A stretch of 44,203 nucleotides of DNA. It comes from Dehalococcoidia bacterium (lineage in GTDB: Bacteria > Chloroflexota > Dehalococcoidia > DSTF01 > JACRBR01). A program made the translations under genes and the position numbers. The notes under the pieces were generated by a model, which did no database searches, was not told where the DNA came from, and saw nothing but the letters and a program-made list of their open reading frames with translations. Of this stretch, positions 13,221 to 22,276 are shown one piece after another (position 1 is the first letter of the stretch; each line of letters opens with the position of its first letter). The stretch spans positions 1 to 44,203 of the forward strand of contig DASUKS010000265.1 of assembly GCA_036278595.1 (NCBI GenBank). The letters are read 5' to 3'.

Positions 13221-13577
13221 TCACAGCGTCCCGCGCGCCGTAAGGTCGGTCGTCGTCTTCGCCAGCTCCGCGCGCTGGCGCTCGTACTCGCTGTCTGACA
13301 GGTCGCCAGAGTTGTGGAGCGATTCCAGTGAGGCCAAAACACCCGGCAGGTACTGGTCCGGCTGCGCGCCCGGCAACGGCATCACGGGCCGCGTTACGAA
13401 GTACGCCAGTGTCCCCAGGACAGGCAGGAAGATGATCGCCAGCAGCCAGATGATCTTCGAGACGTTCCCGAGGTCGCGGCGCACGAACAGGTCGCACAAC
13501 GCGAAACCCCAGATGTAGAGCAGCGGGAACACAACGAGCGTGACAAACAGGAATTCCCAGAACACATCCCAGTTCAT
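13221..13577 (-). CDS. Small membrane protein, PLDc_N (two TM) + SHOCT domain, paralogue 1
   Basis: MNWDVFWEFLFV...IWGFALCDLF...IIWLLAIIFLPVLGTLAYFVTRP is the PLD-nuclease N-terminal TM motif. The C-terminal LESLHNSGDLSDSEYERQRAEL is SHOCT-like. SD AAGGAG lies 5 nt upstream. About 55-60% of residues are shared by eye with 15168..15497 and 26672..27001. Confidence 0.8.
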   Translation of the reverse strand: MNWDVFWEFLFVTLVVFPLLYIWGFALCDLFVRRDLGNVSKIIWLLAIIFLPVLGTLAYFVTRPVMPLPGAQPDQYLPGVLASLESLHNSGDLSDSEYERQRAELAKTTTDLTARGTL

Positions 13578-13617
13578 CGCGGTCTCCTTCGCATCGAGAA
13601 TCGAATACGTACGTCCA

Positions 13618-15045
13618 TCAACCGGCCGCCCCCAGCCACTCGATGCCGCCGATCCATGCGATGGCGGCTACGAAAATGAGCGTGAAGAGCCCCGGAGTGA
13701 GGCCGGGCAGGAACAGCAGTACGAGCCCCGCCAGCACCAGTCCGAGCAGTTGCAGCTCCCGGTCCTCGCGGACGACCCACGTCCGGACGGGGCCGGCATC
13801 GCTCGGTGGCGCCGGGCGATCACGCCAGAACCGCCCGATGCCGGCGCGGAACGACTTCGCCCAATTCGTTTCACTCGAGAGGGCGATCAACGCCGCGATG
13901 AAGAACGCGATCAGCGCGAACGCCGCCGCGTACACGCGGCCGCTCGGCTCCGGCCATGCGAGCACGACCAGCGCTGTCACGAGGACGCCGCCGATGACCA
14001 GCGCCCCGCGTGCAGCCCGCAGCTCCGCGACGGCATCCTCGCCGGGTGCTGACTTCCGCGACGATCGCAGCGCCCGCGCCACATGGGAGTCGCCAGCCAA
14101 TACGGCCAGCCCGGCGATGATCAGACCGCCGACGATCATGCCGAGCGACTGCGCCCGCAGGAGCCAGGTGAATTCATCGAACGCCGCCCGCGCGGCTGTC
14201 TTGTCTCGCGCGAAGGAGACGATCGGGTAGCGCGAGATCGCCAGCGCGACGATCGACACCGCCCCCGCGATCGTCAGGGCGATGCCCGCGCGCCGGATCG
14301 CGCCGCGGCGGTCGACCGCCACCACAACCGAGGCCGCGGCGGCAGCGACGGATGCCGCCAGGAGCGACAGCACGAGCGCCTGCCGGTGTTGCGCAAGCAG
14401 CGAGGCCGCACGCAACCCGCCAGCGTGGTTGATCAGCACGATCTGTCCGGCGTCCGGAGGCAGCGTGACTTGCAAGAGCAGCGCCCCTTGGCCGCGGCTT
14501 TCGAGATCCTGCTGGACGTTCTGCAGCACCTCGCGGAGATCGAGGACGATCCTCGTCCCCTGGATGCGCAGCGCCGTGCCGTCGTCTTCGAGGACGTTCA
14601 CGATGTGCTCGTGGGCGAGCCGCAGCGAGCGGTCGACGAGCGCCTGGAATCGCGGCGACTGTAAGAGCGTCAGCGCCGCGCGTTGCAGGATCGAGCGCTC
14701 GGCCTCGGTCAGCGGCCCGGCGAGCGCCTCGAGCCCCGTCGGCAGCCGCTGCGCCAGGCGAGCCTGCAGGTCGCCCTGCACGATGATCTGGTCGGCGATG
14801 CGTACCGACAGCGCCTGCTGCACCTCCGGCTGCCGCATCGTCGACTCGGCCGTCGAGACGAACTGATCCGTGTCGAACACCGTCCGCGTCACCCACCATG
14901 ACGCGTTCGCGAATACCGCGAGCCATGCGGCCATCAGCAGAAGCACGATGCTCGTGGCGCCCCTCGCGGTGCTGTGCCGTGCTCTACGGAACGCTGGCTG
15001 TGCTTGCCCGTGGGACCGCATGGCCGAGTCTGTGCGTACGCTCAT
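13618..15045 (-). CDS. Polytopic integral membrane protein of unknown function
   Basis: One N-terminal TM (IVLLLMAAWLAVFANASWWV), a ~200-aa soluble helical region, then 6 or more TM helices. The frame is hydrophobic and protein-like, whereas the antisense ORFs are R/P/A-rich. The start is uncertain: ATG 15045, ATG 15021, or GTG 15147 as in the track. Confidence 0.6.
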   Translation of the reverse strand: MSVRTDSAMRSHGQAQPAFRRARHSTARGATSIVLLLMAAWLAVFANASWWVTRTVFDTDQFVSTAESTMRQPEVQQALSVRIADQIIVQGDLQARLAQRLPTGLEALAGPLTEAERSILQRAALTLLQSPRFQALVDRSLRLAHEHIVNVLEDDGTALRIQGTRIVLDLREVLQNVQQDLESRGQGALLLQVTLPPDAGQIVLINHAGGLRAASLLAQHRQALVLSLLAASVAAAAASVVVAVDRRGAIRRAGIALTIAGAVSIVALAISRYPIVSFARDKTAARAAFDEFTWLLRAQSLGMIVGGLIIAGLAVLAGDSHVARALRSSRKSAPGEDAVAELRAARGALVIGGVLVTALVVLAWPEPSGRVYAAAFALIAFFIAALIALSSETNWAKSFRAGIGRFWRDRPAPPSDAGPVRTWVVREDRELQLLGLVLAGLVLLFLPGLTPGLFTLIFVAAIAWIGGIEWLGAAG

Positions 15046-15167
15046 GATTGCCGCCAGCGTCGTTCGTTCGTGATCTGCGTCTGCGGTGCGTCGGTTCTGG
15101 CTGCGCCGCGCTGATGGCAAGTGGCGGCGCTGGTGGTGCGCTGCCACTTGCCATCAGCAAGCCGGAG

Positions 15168-15497
15168 TCAGTGGGCCATCAGCAGCCGGCTGCGCTGCAT
15201 CTCGTAGTCCGTATCCGAAAGGTCACCGGAGTCATGCAGCGACTTCAGCTGGCTCAGCGTGTTCGCAACGTGGTCCGGCGCCTGTGACCGCGGCACCACG
15301 ATGGCCGGACGCGTGATGTAGTAGGCCAGCGTCCCAAAGAACGGGAGGATCAGGATGCCAAGCAGCCACATCACTTTTCCAAGCCCGCTCAGGTCGCTGC
15401 GCCAGAACAGGTCCACGATCGCGAATCCCCAGATCATCAGCAGGGGAATGATGATGAACATCACAACGAGAACCGACCAGAAAACATCCCAGTCCAT
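15168..15497 (-). CDS. Small membrane protein, PLDc_N + SHOCT domain, paralogue 2
   Basis: MDWDVFWSVLVV...IWGFAIVDLF...VMWLLGILILPFFGTLAYYITRP plus LKSLHDSGDLSDTDYEMQRSRLL. SD GGAGGT lies 5 nt upstream of the ATG. Confidence 0.8.
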   Translation of the reverse strand: MDWDVFWSVLVVMFIIIPLLMIWGFAIVDLFWRSDLSGLGKVMWLLGILILPFFGTLAYYITRPAIVVPRSQAPDHVANTLSQLKSLHDSGDLSDTDYEMQRSRLLMAH

Positions 15498-15622
15498 TGC
15501 CTACCTCCGCCACTTCTCCGAGCTGGCCTGCCGATCTATCCAGCTCGCTATCCCGTCTTGACTCGATCGTATGGCCCTCATGAACACGTCCACATCGCAA
15601 GACTTCTCTCCGCGCGCGGCGA

Positions 15623-17359
15623 TTATTTGGTACGAAACCTCCCATGCCTTCGGTCCGACGCCGGCTTCGGGCCCGCATCGCTCGCCGTCTCGGGCGCCGG
15701 CGCCGCCGGCAGACCGAGCGCTGCCAGCAGGCCCAGGACGCCTACCGCGCCGACGCTGATCAGCGCGAACCCCATGGCTTTGTTCCGTGCGTCGCTGTAG
15801 ATCTGCTCCGCGGCGGTCGCGACCGAGGCAGGTTGCCCCTTAAGCGCGCTCTGCACCTGCGTGTCGCTGAGCGCGCTCACCTGGTGTTGGAGCGCCGCAT
15901 CGAATTGCTGCTGCTGCTGCGTCGTAAACGCGCTGCTCGAGTTCACGCGCGACGTCGCGCCGGCGATCAGCGCGGCGACAAGCACCGAGCCCGCGATCGC
16001 GACCCCGAGCGACGAACCGAGGTTCGAGGCGCTCCGCGAGACGCCCGAGAGTTCGCCCTGCTTCTCTTCGGGCACGCTGCTCTGCACCACATTGACCGAG
16101 GCGGTGAGCATGATGCCCACGCCGAAGCCGAGGCACAGCAGTCCCGGCACGAGCCGCCAGTCGCCGTCGCCCGGGTGCACGAGCAGCACGAGGAGCGCGA
16201 TACCGACGATCGCTCCGATGAATCCGGCCCTGATGATCGTCCGCTGCGAGCGCTTGCGCGCTAGGCGCCCCGCGACGGCCGACGACAGAAGCATCCCGCC
16301 GACCATCGGCGTAATCAGAATGCCGGTCTTGATCGCGGAGTACTGCAGGCTGACCTGGAGGTACAGCGCGACCACGAACATACCGCCCTGGATAATGAAC
16401 CACTGCGACGTCTGCGTGATGAGGCCGAGGTTCGAGGTGCGGTTCGCGAACAGCCGAATATGGACCAGCGGCTCCCTTCCGTGCCGCTCGCGTCTCCAGA
16501 TATGAATCGCGAACCACACGAGAAGCAGCAGACCGATTCCGACAAACAGCCATACGGGCGAGACGCTGCCTTCGCCCAGCACCGTCTTGCCGGCGATATC
16601 GAAGTCTTTGCGAGCGGTGATCCAGCCATAGGTGTTCGCCAGCAGGATGCCAACGACGATCACCGCGAGCCCGGCGCCGGAGAGCACGGCGCCGAACAGG
16701 TCCAGCTGCGGCTTGGGGCCGGTTAGCGGGCGTTCGTGGATGCCGCGCCGCGCAGCCCACCAGATGAAGACGACCACCAGCGCCTCCAGTGCGAAGGAGA
16801 CGCGCCAGCTCATCGTCGTCGTGATGGTGCCGCCGATCAGCGGGCCCGCCGCCGCGCCGAGTCCGGCCATGGCGCTCACGACGGCAAACGCCTTCGCGCG
16901 TGACGTCGTGTCATCGAACGCGACAGTGAGCAGGATGTAGACAGGGGGGATGAACAGCGCCGATGCGATCCCCTGCAGGAGCGAGAACCCAACGAACATG
17001 ACGCCAATGCCAGGCGCCACCGCGGCGACGAGGGCACCGATGCCGAACAGCCAGATGCCCGCGACGAAGCAGTTCTTGCGTCCCCAGATGTCGGTCAGCT
17101 TGCTGCCCGTGATCATCAGCGCCGCCATCGTCAAGGTGAAGAAGGAGATCGCCGCCTGCACGCCGGTGACCGTCGAGTCGAGGTCGTTCGCGATCGCGCT
17201 GATCGCCACACCCATCGCCGAGCCGTTGTAGCTCGCGAGCAACTGAGCGAGCGCGAGGGGCAGGAGCAGCGCGCGCATGCTCTCGGCTGCCGTTGCCGGC
17301 GCCGCGGCGGCGGCGTTGGCCCCTGGCTTGCGCCGAAGCGCCGAGATGATGGATGCCAC
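15623..17359 (-). CDS. MFS transporter, 14-TM drug:H+ antiporter (DHA2/EmrB-QacA-like)
   Basis: Many TM helices and the motif GSKLTDIWGRKNCF. I place the start at GTG 17359 because AGGAGG sits 5 nt upstream. The track start at 17461 adds an R-rich leader with no SD. Confidence 0.85.
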   Translation of the reverse strand: MASIISALRRKPGANAAAAAPATAAESMRALLLPLALAQLLASYNGSAMGVAISAIANDLDSTVTGVQAAISFFTLTMAALMITGSKLTDIWGRKNCFVAGIWLFGIGALVAAVAPGIGVMFVGFSLLQGIASALFIPPVYILLTVAFDDTTSRAKAFAVVSAMAGLGAAAGPLIGGTITTTMSWRVSFALEALVVVFIWWAARRGIHERPLTGPKPQLDLFGAVLSGAGLAVIVVGILLANTYGWITARKDFDIAGKTVLGEGSVSPVWLFVGIGLLLLVWFAIHIWRRERHGREPLVHIRLFANRTSNLGLITQTSQWFIIQGGMFVVALYLQVSLQYSAIKTGILITPMVGGMLLSSAVAGRLARKRSQRTIIRAGFIGAIVGIALLVLLVHPGDGDWRLVPGLLCLGFGVGIMLTASVNVVQSSVPEEKQGELSGVSRSASNLGSSLGVAIAGSVLVAALIAGATSRVNSSSAFTTQQQQQFDAALQHQVSALSDTQVQSALKGQPASVATAAEQIYSDARNKAMGFALISVGAVGVLGLLAALGLPAAPAPETASDAGPKPASDRRHGRFRTK

Positions 17360-17679
17360 GCTGACCTCCTGCGCCTCGATCAGCGGTTTCCGCTCGCTGC
17401 CGGCACGACGTTGATCTTCTGATCGCGCCCGTCGGCGAACCCATACAGAGATCCCCGCCATCTCGTCACGAATTCTGGGGCGCCCCGCCCGCGTGCCCTC
17501 GCGACGTACGAAGAATCACCGCGCACGGTGGCGTAATTTGCGATGTGGCTTCGCGGCCCGGTCGCCAGACTGGGTTCATGGGCGGCCGCCGGTGATCTCC
17601 GGATGTCCTCCTTTCTGCGTGCCGCACATCCGGCGCCGCCCAACTGCTACCCCTGGGATCCCGCGACGAAAGGTGCGAC

Positions 17680-19629
17680 ATGACGACGGTAGCCGAAGCT
17701 GAGATGAACATTCAGGAGCAGGCGGCCGCCGGCAACGGCCCGTTCCCGCAGATCGAGGAATATGCCTTCCTTTCCGACTGCCATACGGGCGCGCTCGTCG
17801 CGCCCGACGGAAGCGTCGACTGGCTCTGCGTGCCGTCGTTCGACTCACCGAGCATCTTCTCGAGCCTGCTCGACCGTCAGGCTGGCCACTTTCGCTTCGG
17901 CCCGTACGGCGTCACGGTGCCGGTCGGCCGCGTCTACGAGCCCGGGACACACACGCTGATCACCGGCTGGCGTACACCCGGCGGCTGGCTCGTCTTGCGT
18001 GAAGCGCTCGTCATCGGTCATCGCGCGGGCGAAGACACGATCACGCATCACACGCGGCCTCCGGCGGACGCCGACGCGGAGCACATGCTCGTCCGCACGG
18101 TCGAGTGCATCGAAGGTTCCGTCGAGGTGGAGGTCGTGTGCGAGCCGGCGTTCGCCTATGGTTCGGTACCCGCGCGATGGGAGCACGCCGGAGATGGTGG
18201 TTGCACGGTCGATGCGTCCGGCGGCGGCCAGAAGGTGCGCCTGACGAGCGACATCGCGCTCGGCATCGAAGGTGACCGCGTGCGGGGACGGCACGTTCTC
18301 CGCAAGGGAGACAAGGCGTTCTGTGCCCTCTCGTGGGCCGACGGCCTCACGACACCCAGCGATCTGGCCGATGCCCAGCGTCGCATCGAGACGACGAGCG
18401 CGTTTTGGCGCACGTGGCTCAGCCGCGCGCGCATCCCTGACCATCGCTGGCTGGTGCCGATCCAGCGCTCAGCCCTCACGATCAAGGGGCTCACGTACAT
18501 GCCGACCGGCGCAACCGTCGCCGCACTCACCACATCGCTGCCGGAGACGCCCGGCGGTGAGCGGAACTGGGACTACCGCTACACCTGGGTGCGCGACTCG
18601 ACGTTCACGCTGCAGGCGCTCCACTTCCTCGGTCTGGATTGGGAGGCGGACGAGTTCATGCAATTCGTCGCCGACCTGGAGCCGGTCGAGGACGGCTCGC
18701 TCCAGATCATGTACGGCATCGATGGCCGGCGCGACCTGACGGAGCGGGTGCTTGACCTGTCCGGCTACGCAGGCGCGCGCCCCGTCCGGATCGGCAACGG
18801 CGCCTTTAATCAGCGCCAGAACGACGTCTACGGCGCCGTGCTCGACTCGATCCTCCTGCACACCCGGCGCAGCCAGCGACTGCCCCGGCGCCTCTGGCCG
18901 ATCGTTCAGACGCAGGCCGAACGGGCGACGGCCGTGTGGCGCGAACCCGACCAGGGCATCTGGGAGGCGCGCGGCGAGCCGAAGCACTACGTGTCATCAA
19001 AGCTCATGTGCTGGGTGGCGCTGGATCGCGGGGCAAAGCTCGCGTCGATCCGAGGCGACAACCAGCTCGCCGCTTCCTGGTCGCGCACGGCAGACGGGAT
19101 CAAGCGGGAGATCCTGGATCGTGGCGTCAGCGAGCGCGGTGTGCTGCGCCAGCACTACGACACCGACGCGCTCGATGCGTCGAACCTGCTCGCCGTGAAC
19201 TTCGGCTTCCTGCCTCCCGACGACGACCGGCTGCGCAACACGGTCCACGCGATCGCCGACGAGCTCACAGAGCGCGGCTTCGTGCTCCGCTACAAGACCG
19301 ACGAGACGGATGACGGGTTATCCGGGAAGGAAGGCACGTTCCTCATCTGCTCGTTCTGGCTCGTCTCGGCGCTCGCCGCGATCGGCGAGCTGAACAGGGC
19401 GCGCGACCTGATGGACCGCCTGCTCAAGGTCGCCTCGCCGCTGGGCCTCTACGCGGAGGAACTCGAAGCGTCCAACGGACATCAGCTCGGCAACTTCCCG
19501 CAGGCCTTCTCGCACCTCGCCCTGCTGCAAGCCGCCGCCCGGATCATTGTCGCCGAGCGGACAGACGAGCTGTTCGGCCCGGCGAGCACTGCCGCGCACG
19601 GTAACGGCCGGGCGGCCGGCGCCACGTAG
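17680..19629 (+). CDS. Glycoside hydrolase family 15 (glucoamylase/trehalase-type)
   Basis: YAFLSDCHTGALVAPDGSVDWLCVPSFDSPSIF, NWDYRYTWVRDSTFTLQAL, FLICSFWLVSAL and GNFPQAFSHLALLQAA are the GH15 bacterial-type signatures as I recall them. Confidence 0.88.
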   Translation: MTTVAEAEMNIQEQAAAGNGPFPQIEEYAFLSDCHTGALVAPDGSVDWLCVPSFDSPSIFSSLLDRQAGHFRFGPYGVTVPVGRVYEPGTHTLITGWRTPGGWLVLREALVIGHRAGEDTITHHTRPPADADAEHMLVRTVECIEGSVEVEVVCEPAFAYGSVPARWEHAGDGGCTVDASGGGQKVRLTSDIALGIEGDRVRGRHVLRKGDKAFCALSWADGLTTPSDLADAQRRIETTSAFWRTWLSRARIPDHRWLVPIQRSALTIKGLTYMPTGATVAALTTSLPETPGGERNWDYRYTWVRDSTFTLQALHFLGLDWEADEFMQFVADLEPVEDGSLQIMYGIDGRRDLTERVLDLSGYAGARPVRIGNGAFNQRQNDVYGAVLDSILLHTRRSQRLPRRLWPIVQTQAERATAVWREPDQGIWEARGEPKHYVSSKLMCWVALDRGAKLASIRGDNQLAASWSRTADGIKREILDRGVSERGVLRQHYDTDALDASNLLAVNFGFLPPDDDRLRNTVHAIADELTERGFVLRYKTDETDDGLSGKEGTFLICSFWLVSALAAIGELNRARDLMDRLLKVASPLGLYAEELEASNGHQLGNFPQAFSHLALLQAAARIIVAERTDELFGPASTAAHGNGRAAGAT

Positions 19630-19821
19630 CCGACAGCAGCCGCCGCCCCGTGTTTGCGGGATCAGCGATCGTCCACCGAATGATCTTGGGCGTCGTCCGC
19701 CGCGCACAGATCAGCGTCTGCCCGGTATGGGCGGCGCGAGTTTTATCGATCAGTGCGCCGACGTTAGCATCGACCCGGAGACCGACCAGCGAGGACGCTG
19801 CACCCACGCCAGGAGGCGGCG

Positions 19822-20013
19822 ATGGGGTACGAGGCCGGAGACCCCGTGCGCGTCCGCTTTCCGTTCGACTGCGACGGACGAGAGGTGGTGCGCGAAGGCA
19901 AGGTGCTGCGGGTCATGCCGAACGGCTATCTCCGCATCGTCTTCCATGATGCACGGGATGTTGACGGATGCGTGATCGAGCAGGCGCTCGTCGACCCGAA
20001 GCATCTGACCTGA
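19822..20013 (+). CDS. Small hypothetical protein (63 aa)
   Basis: Strong SD AGGAGG 5 nt before the ATG. Balanced, beta-rich looking sequence (VRVRFPFDCDGREVVREGKVLRVMPNGYLRIVF). No family recognised. Confidence 0.5.
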   Translation: MGYEAGDPVRVRFPFDCDGREVVREGKVLRVMPNGYLRIVFHDARDVDGCVIEQALVDPKHLT

Positions 20014-20023
20014 TCCCGCGACG

Positions 20024-22276
20024 CTAGGACACGAACAGCCCTTCGCGGAGCGTGCGGATGCTCGCTTCGGTGCGTGACGACGCACCCATCTTGTGCAGGA
20101 TCCGCGAGACGTGCTTGTTCACCGTAAAAACGCTCACCCCGAGCCTGAGCGCGATCTCCTTGTCCGAAGCGCCGTGCGCCATCAACTCCAGCACCGCGAC
20201 CTCTCGGAACGTCAGCCCGTAGAGGTTCTGCTGCACCACCTTCGGGCGCCGGCCGCCGTTCTCACCGCCTTCCGTCATCCCGATCGCCCACTGCTCGGCG
20301 GACCGATCCCGCAGCACCATCAGTACGTCGGACGAGTCCTCCAGCGGCACGATCCGTACCTCGTACTGCCGCTCCGAGTCCTCGTACATGAGCCGCAAGT
20401 TGCAGAACACGAGTGTGTTCGCCTGCGTCGCCTCACCGATCGCCTGAAGCAGGCTCTCCGCCTGGCTATCTGGTAGGACGTCGCGGACGTTCGTGCGGAA
20501 TGAGCCGCGTGAGAGCGGCGGCACGACCGGGGCTTTTCTCGTTGGCCCCATCACCTCGATGATCTCACCGTCGCGTGTCACGCGCGCAAGTTGATCGGGG
20601 AGGCTTTCGAGGAGCGTCCGTTTCCGCGAGTCGTTCTCTCCGAGTTCACGTACGCGGTGCGCAATCCCCGTCACCTCGATATGGCGCACGACAACGCCTG
20701 CCCGGTCGACGCGCGGCGTCACCACGAACACGAAGGAGAGCGCCTCACCGTTCTCGCCCGCCGCCTCGTACGCCGCGTACGCGTGCGGCGCCGAAGTGCT
20801 CATCACCGAGCCGAGCGCGACGGCTACCTCGTGCGCGGACGCATCGCCCGCGGCCGCCGTTCTGCAATCTTCGACGAACCGGTCTCCGGTCGCCGCGGCG
20901 CGGAGGCACGGGTGCGCTCCGGCGATTCGCGCGCGGTCGTTCCACTGCTGGTTGACCCATACGACCGTCCCGCTGCCGTCCAGTACGAGGATCCCTGCCC
21001 CGACCGATTCGAGGATCGTAGCGGCGAGTGCCGACTTCTCCGTGAGTTCGTCTTCCCGTCGCTTCTGCTCGCCCATGTCGGTCGCAGTGAGCAGCAGCAC
21101 CGACGAACCGTCCACCGTCATCGCCCTGCTGCGCACCTCGAGCGCACGCTCGCCGCCGCCGCGCGCCCGCAGCCGGATCATGGTCTTCCCGCGCTTCGCC
21201 CGGCGCACCTGCTTCAGCCAGTCGCGGACGGTGAGCGAGAGGTCGGACGCACCGCGCTGCACCACAATGCGCAGCGCGAGCAGCTCTTCGCTCGTCGCGC
21301 CGGTCATCGCCTCCGCCCGGGCGTTCATGTATACCCGTTCGTCGTCGCCGATGATCGCGACGGGCAGATCGATCGAGTCGAGCACCGCGCGCGTCAATGC
21401 ACCGGCCAGCGGGGGCGGCTCTCGACCCCAGTCGTCGTCGACCGGCCGCAGCTCGCACTCGTACTCACGGCGCGCCCATCTCGCGTCCATCGAGGTCTTC
21501 AGCCTCGCGATCACCTCAGCCTGCGTTCCATCCTTCCGCGTGATCCTCACCTCGGCCTCCGCGCCCTGCGCAGCACGTGCGCCGTCCGTCGAGATCAGCG
21601 GCGCGAGCAGGTGGGTCGCGTCTGCGCGCAACTCGGCCGCGGCATAGCCGGTCAGCCGCTCAAACGCTGCGTTCGTGTACAACACGCGGGGAACGTCCGC
21701 CATGACCCAGCGTACGACGGCGTCACGCCCACCATCCGCCAGTCCGCGATACATGTCCAGCTCCGACATCATCATCATCCGCTCGAGCTCCGCGCTCGCG
21801 CGCGGCGCGACGAGGCGTAACAGCGCCTCGGCCTCGGTCACCTGGCTCGGGTGCCACAGCCGGCTATCGACGAGTCCGACGAAGCCGATCACGCGGCCTT
21901 GGGGCGCGGTGAGCGGCACCGTCATGGACGTCTTCGCGTCGAGCGGACCGAGGATTGGATCTTCGCCGGCCTCTTCCGGCGTGATGCGGTGGTAGCGCGT
22001 GCTCCCGCCTGTCAGACCGAGCCACGGCGGCTCGGCCAGGTCGATGCTGCGCCGGAGTCCGTCGCGGTCCGAATCGATAGAGATCATCAGCGCCGCCGCG
22101 TCATTGGAGCCGTCGAGCGCCGCCACGAACGCCGCCCCAATGTGCCAGCTCTCGCGAATCGTGCGCGTCAGCGTGTCGAAGTACGCCTCCCCGACCGTCG
22201 TCTGCGTCGCGACGGCGATCCGGTAGAACATCGGCTCCGCCCGCGATAGACGCTCGAGCGGCGTGGTTCCATCCAT
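20024..22276 (-). CDS. Large LuxR-family transcriptional regulator with N-terminal GAF-like and multiple PAS-like sensor domains
   Basis: C-terminal HTH LTFREVAVLELMAHGASDKEIALRLGVSVFTVNKHVSRILHKMG. Upstream are ~650 aa of repeated PAS/GAF-like segments and no receiver domain. SD AAGGAGG lies 8 nt before the ATG. Confidence 0.85.
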   Translation of the reverse strand: MDGTTPLERLSRAEPMFYRIAVATQTTVGEAYFDTLTRTIRESWHIGAAFVAALDGSNDAAALMISIDSDRDGLRRSIDLAEPPWLGLTGGSTRYHRITPEEAGEDPILGPLDAKTSMTVPLTAPQGRVIGFVGLVDSRLWHPSQVTEAEALLRLVAPRASAELERMMMMSELDMYRGLADGGRDAVVRWVMADVPRVLYTNAAFERLTGYAAAELRADATHLLAPLISTDGARAAQGAEAEVRITRKDGTQAEVIARLKTSMDARWARREYECELRPVDDDWGREPPPLAGALTRAVLDSIDLPVAIIGDDERVYMNARAEAMTGATSEELLALRIVVQRGASDLSLTVRDWLKQVRRAKRGKTMIRLRARGGGERALEVRSRAMTVDGSSVLLLTATDMGEQKRREDELTEKSALAATILESVGAGILVLDGSGTVVWVNQQWNDRARIAGAHPCLRAAATGDRFVEDCRTAAAGDASAHEVAVALGSVMSTSAPHAYAAYEAAGENGEALSFVFVVTPRVDRAGVVVRHIEVTGIAHRVRELGENDSRKRTLLESLPDQLARVTRDGEIIEVMGPTRKAPVVPPLSRGSFRTNVRDVLPDSQAESLLQAIGEATQANTLVFCNLRLMYEDSERQYEVRIVPLEDSSDVLMVLRDRSAEQWAIGMTEGGENGGRRPKVVQQNLYGLTFREVAVLELMAHGASDKEIALRLGVSVFTVNKHVSRILHKMGASSRTEASIRTLREGLFVS

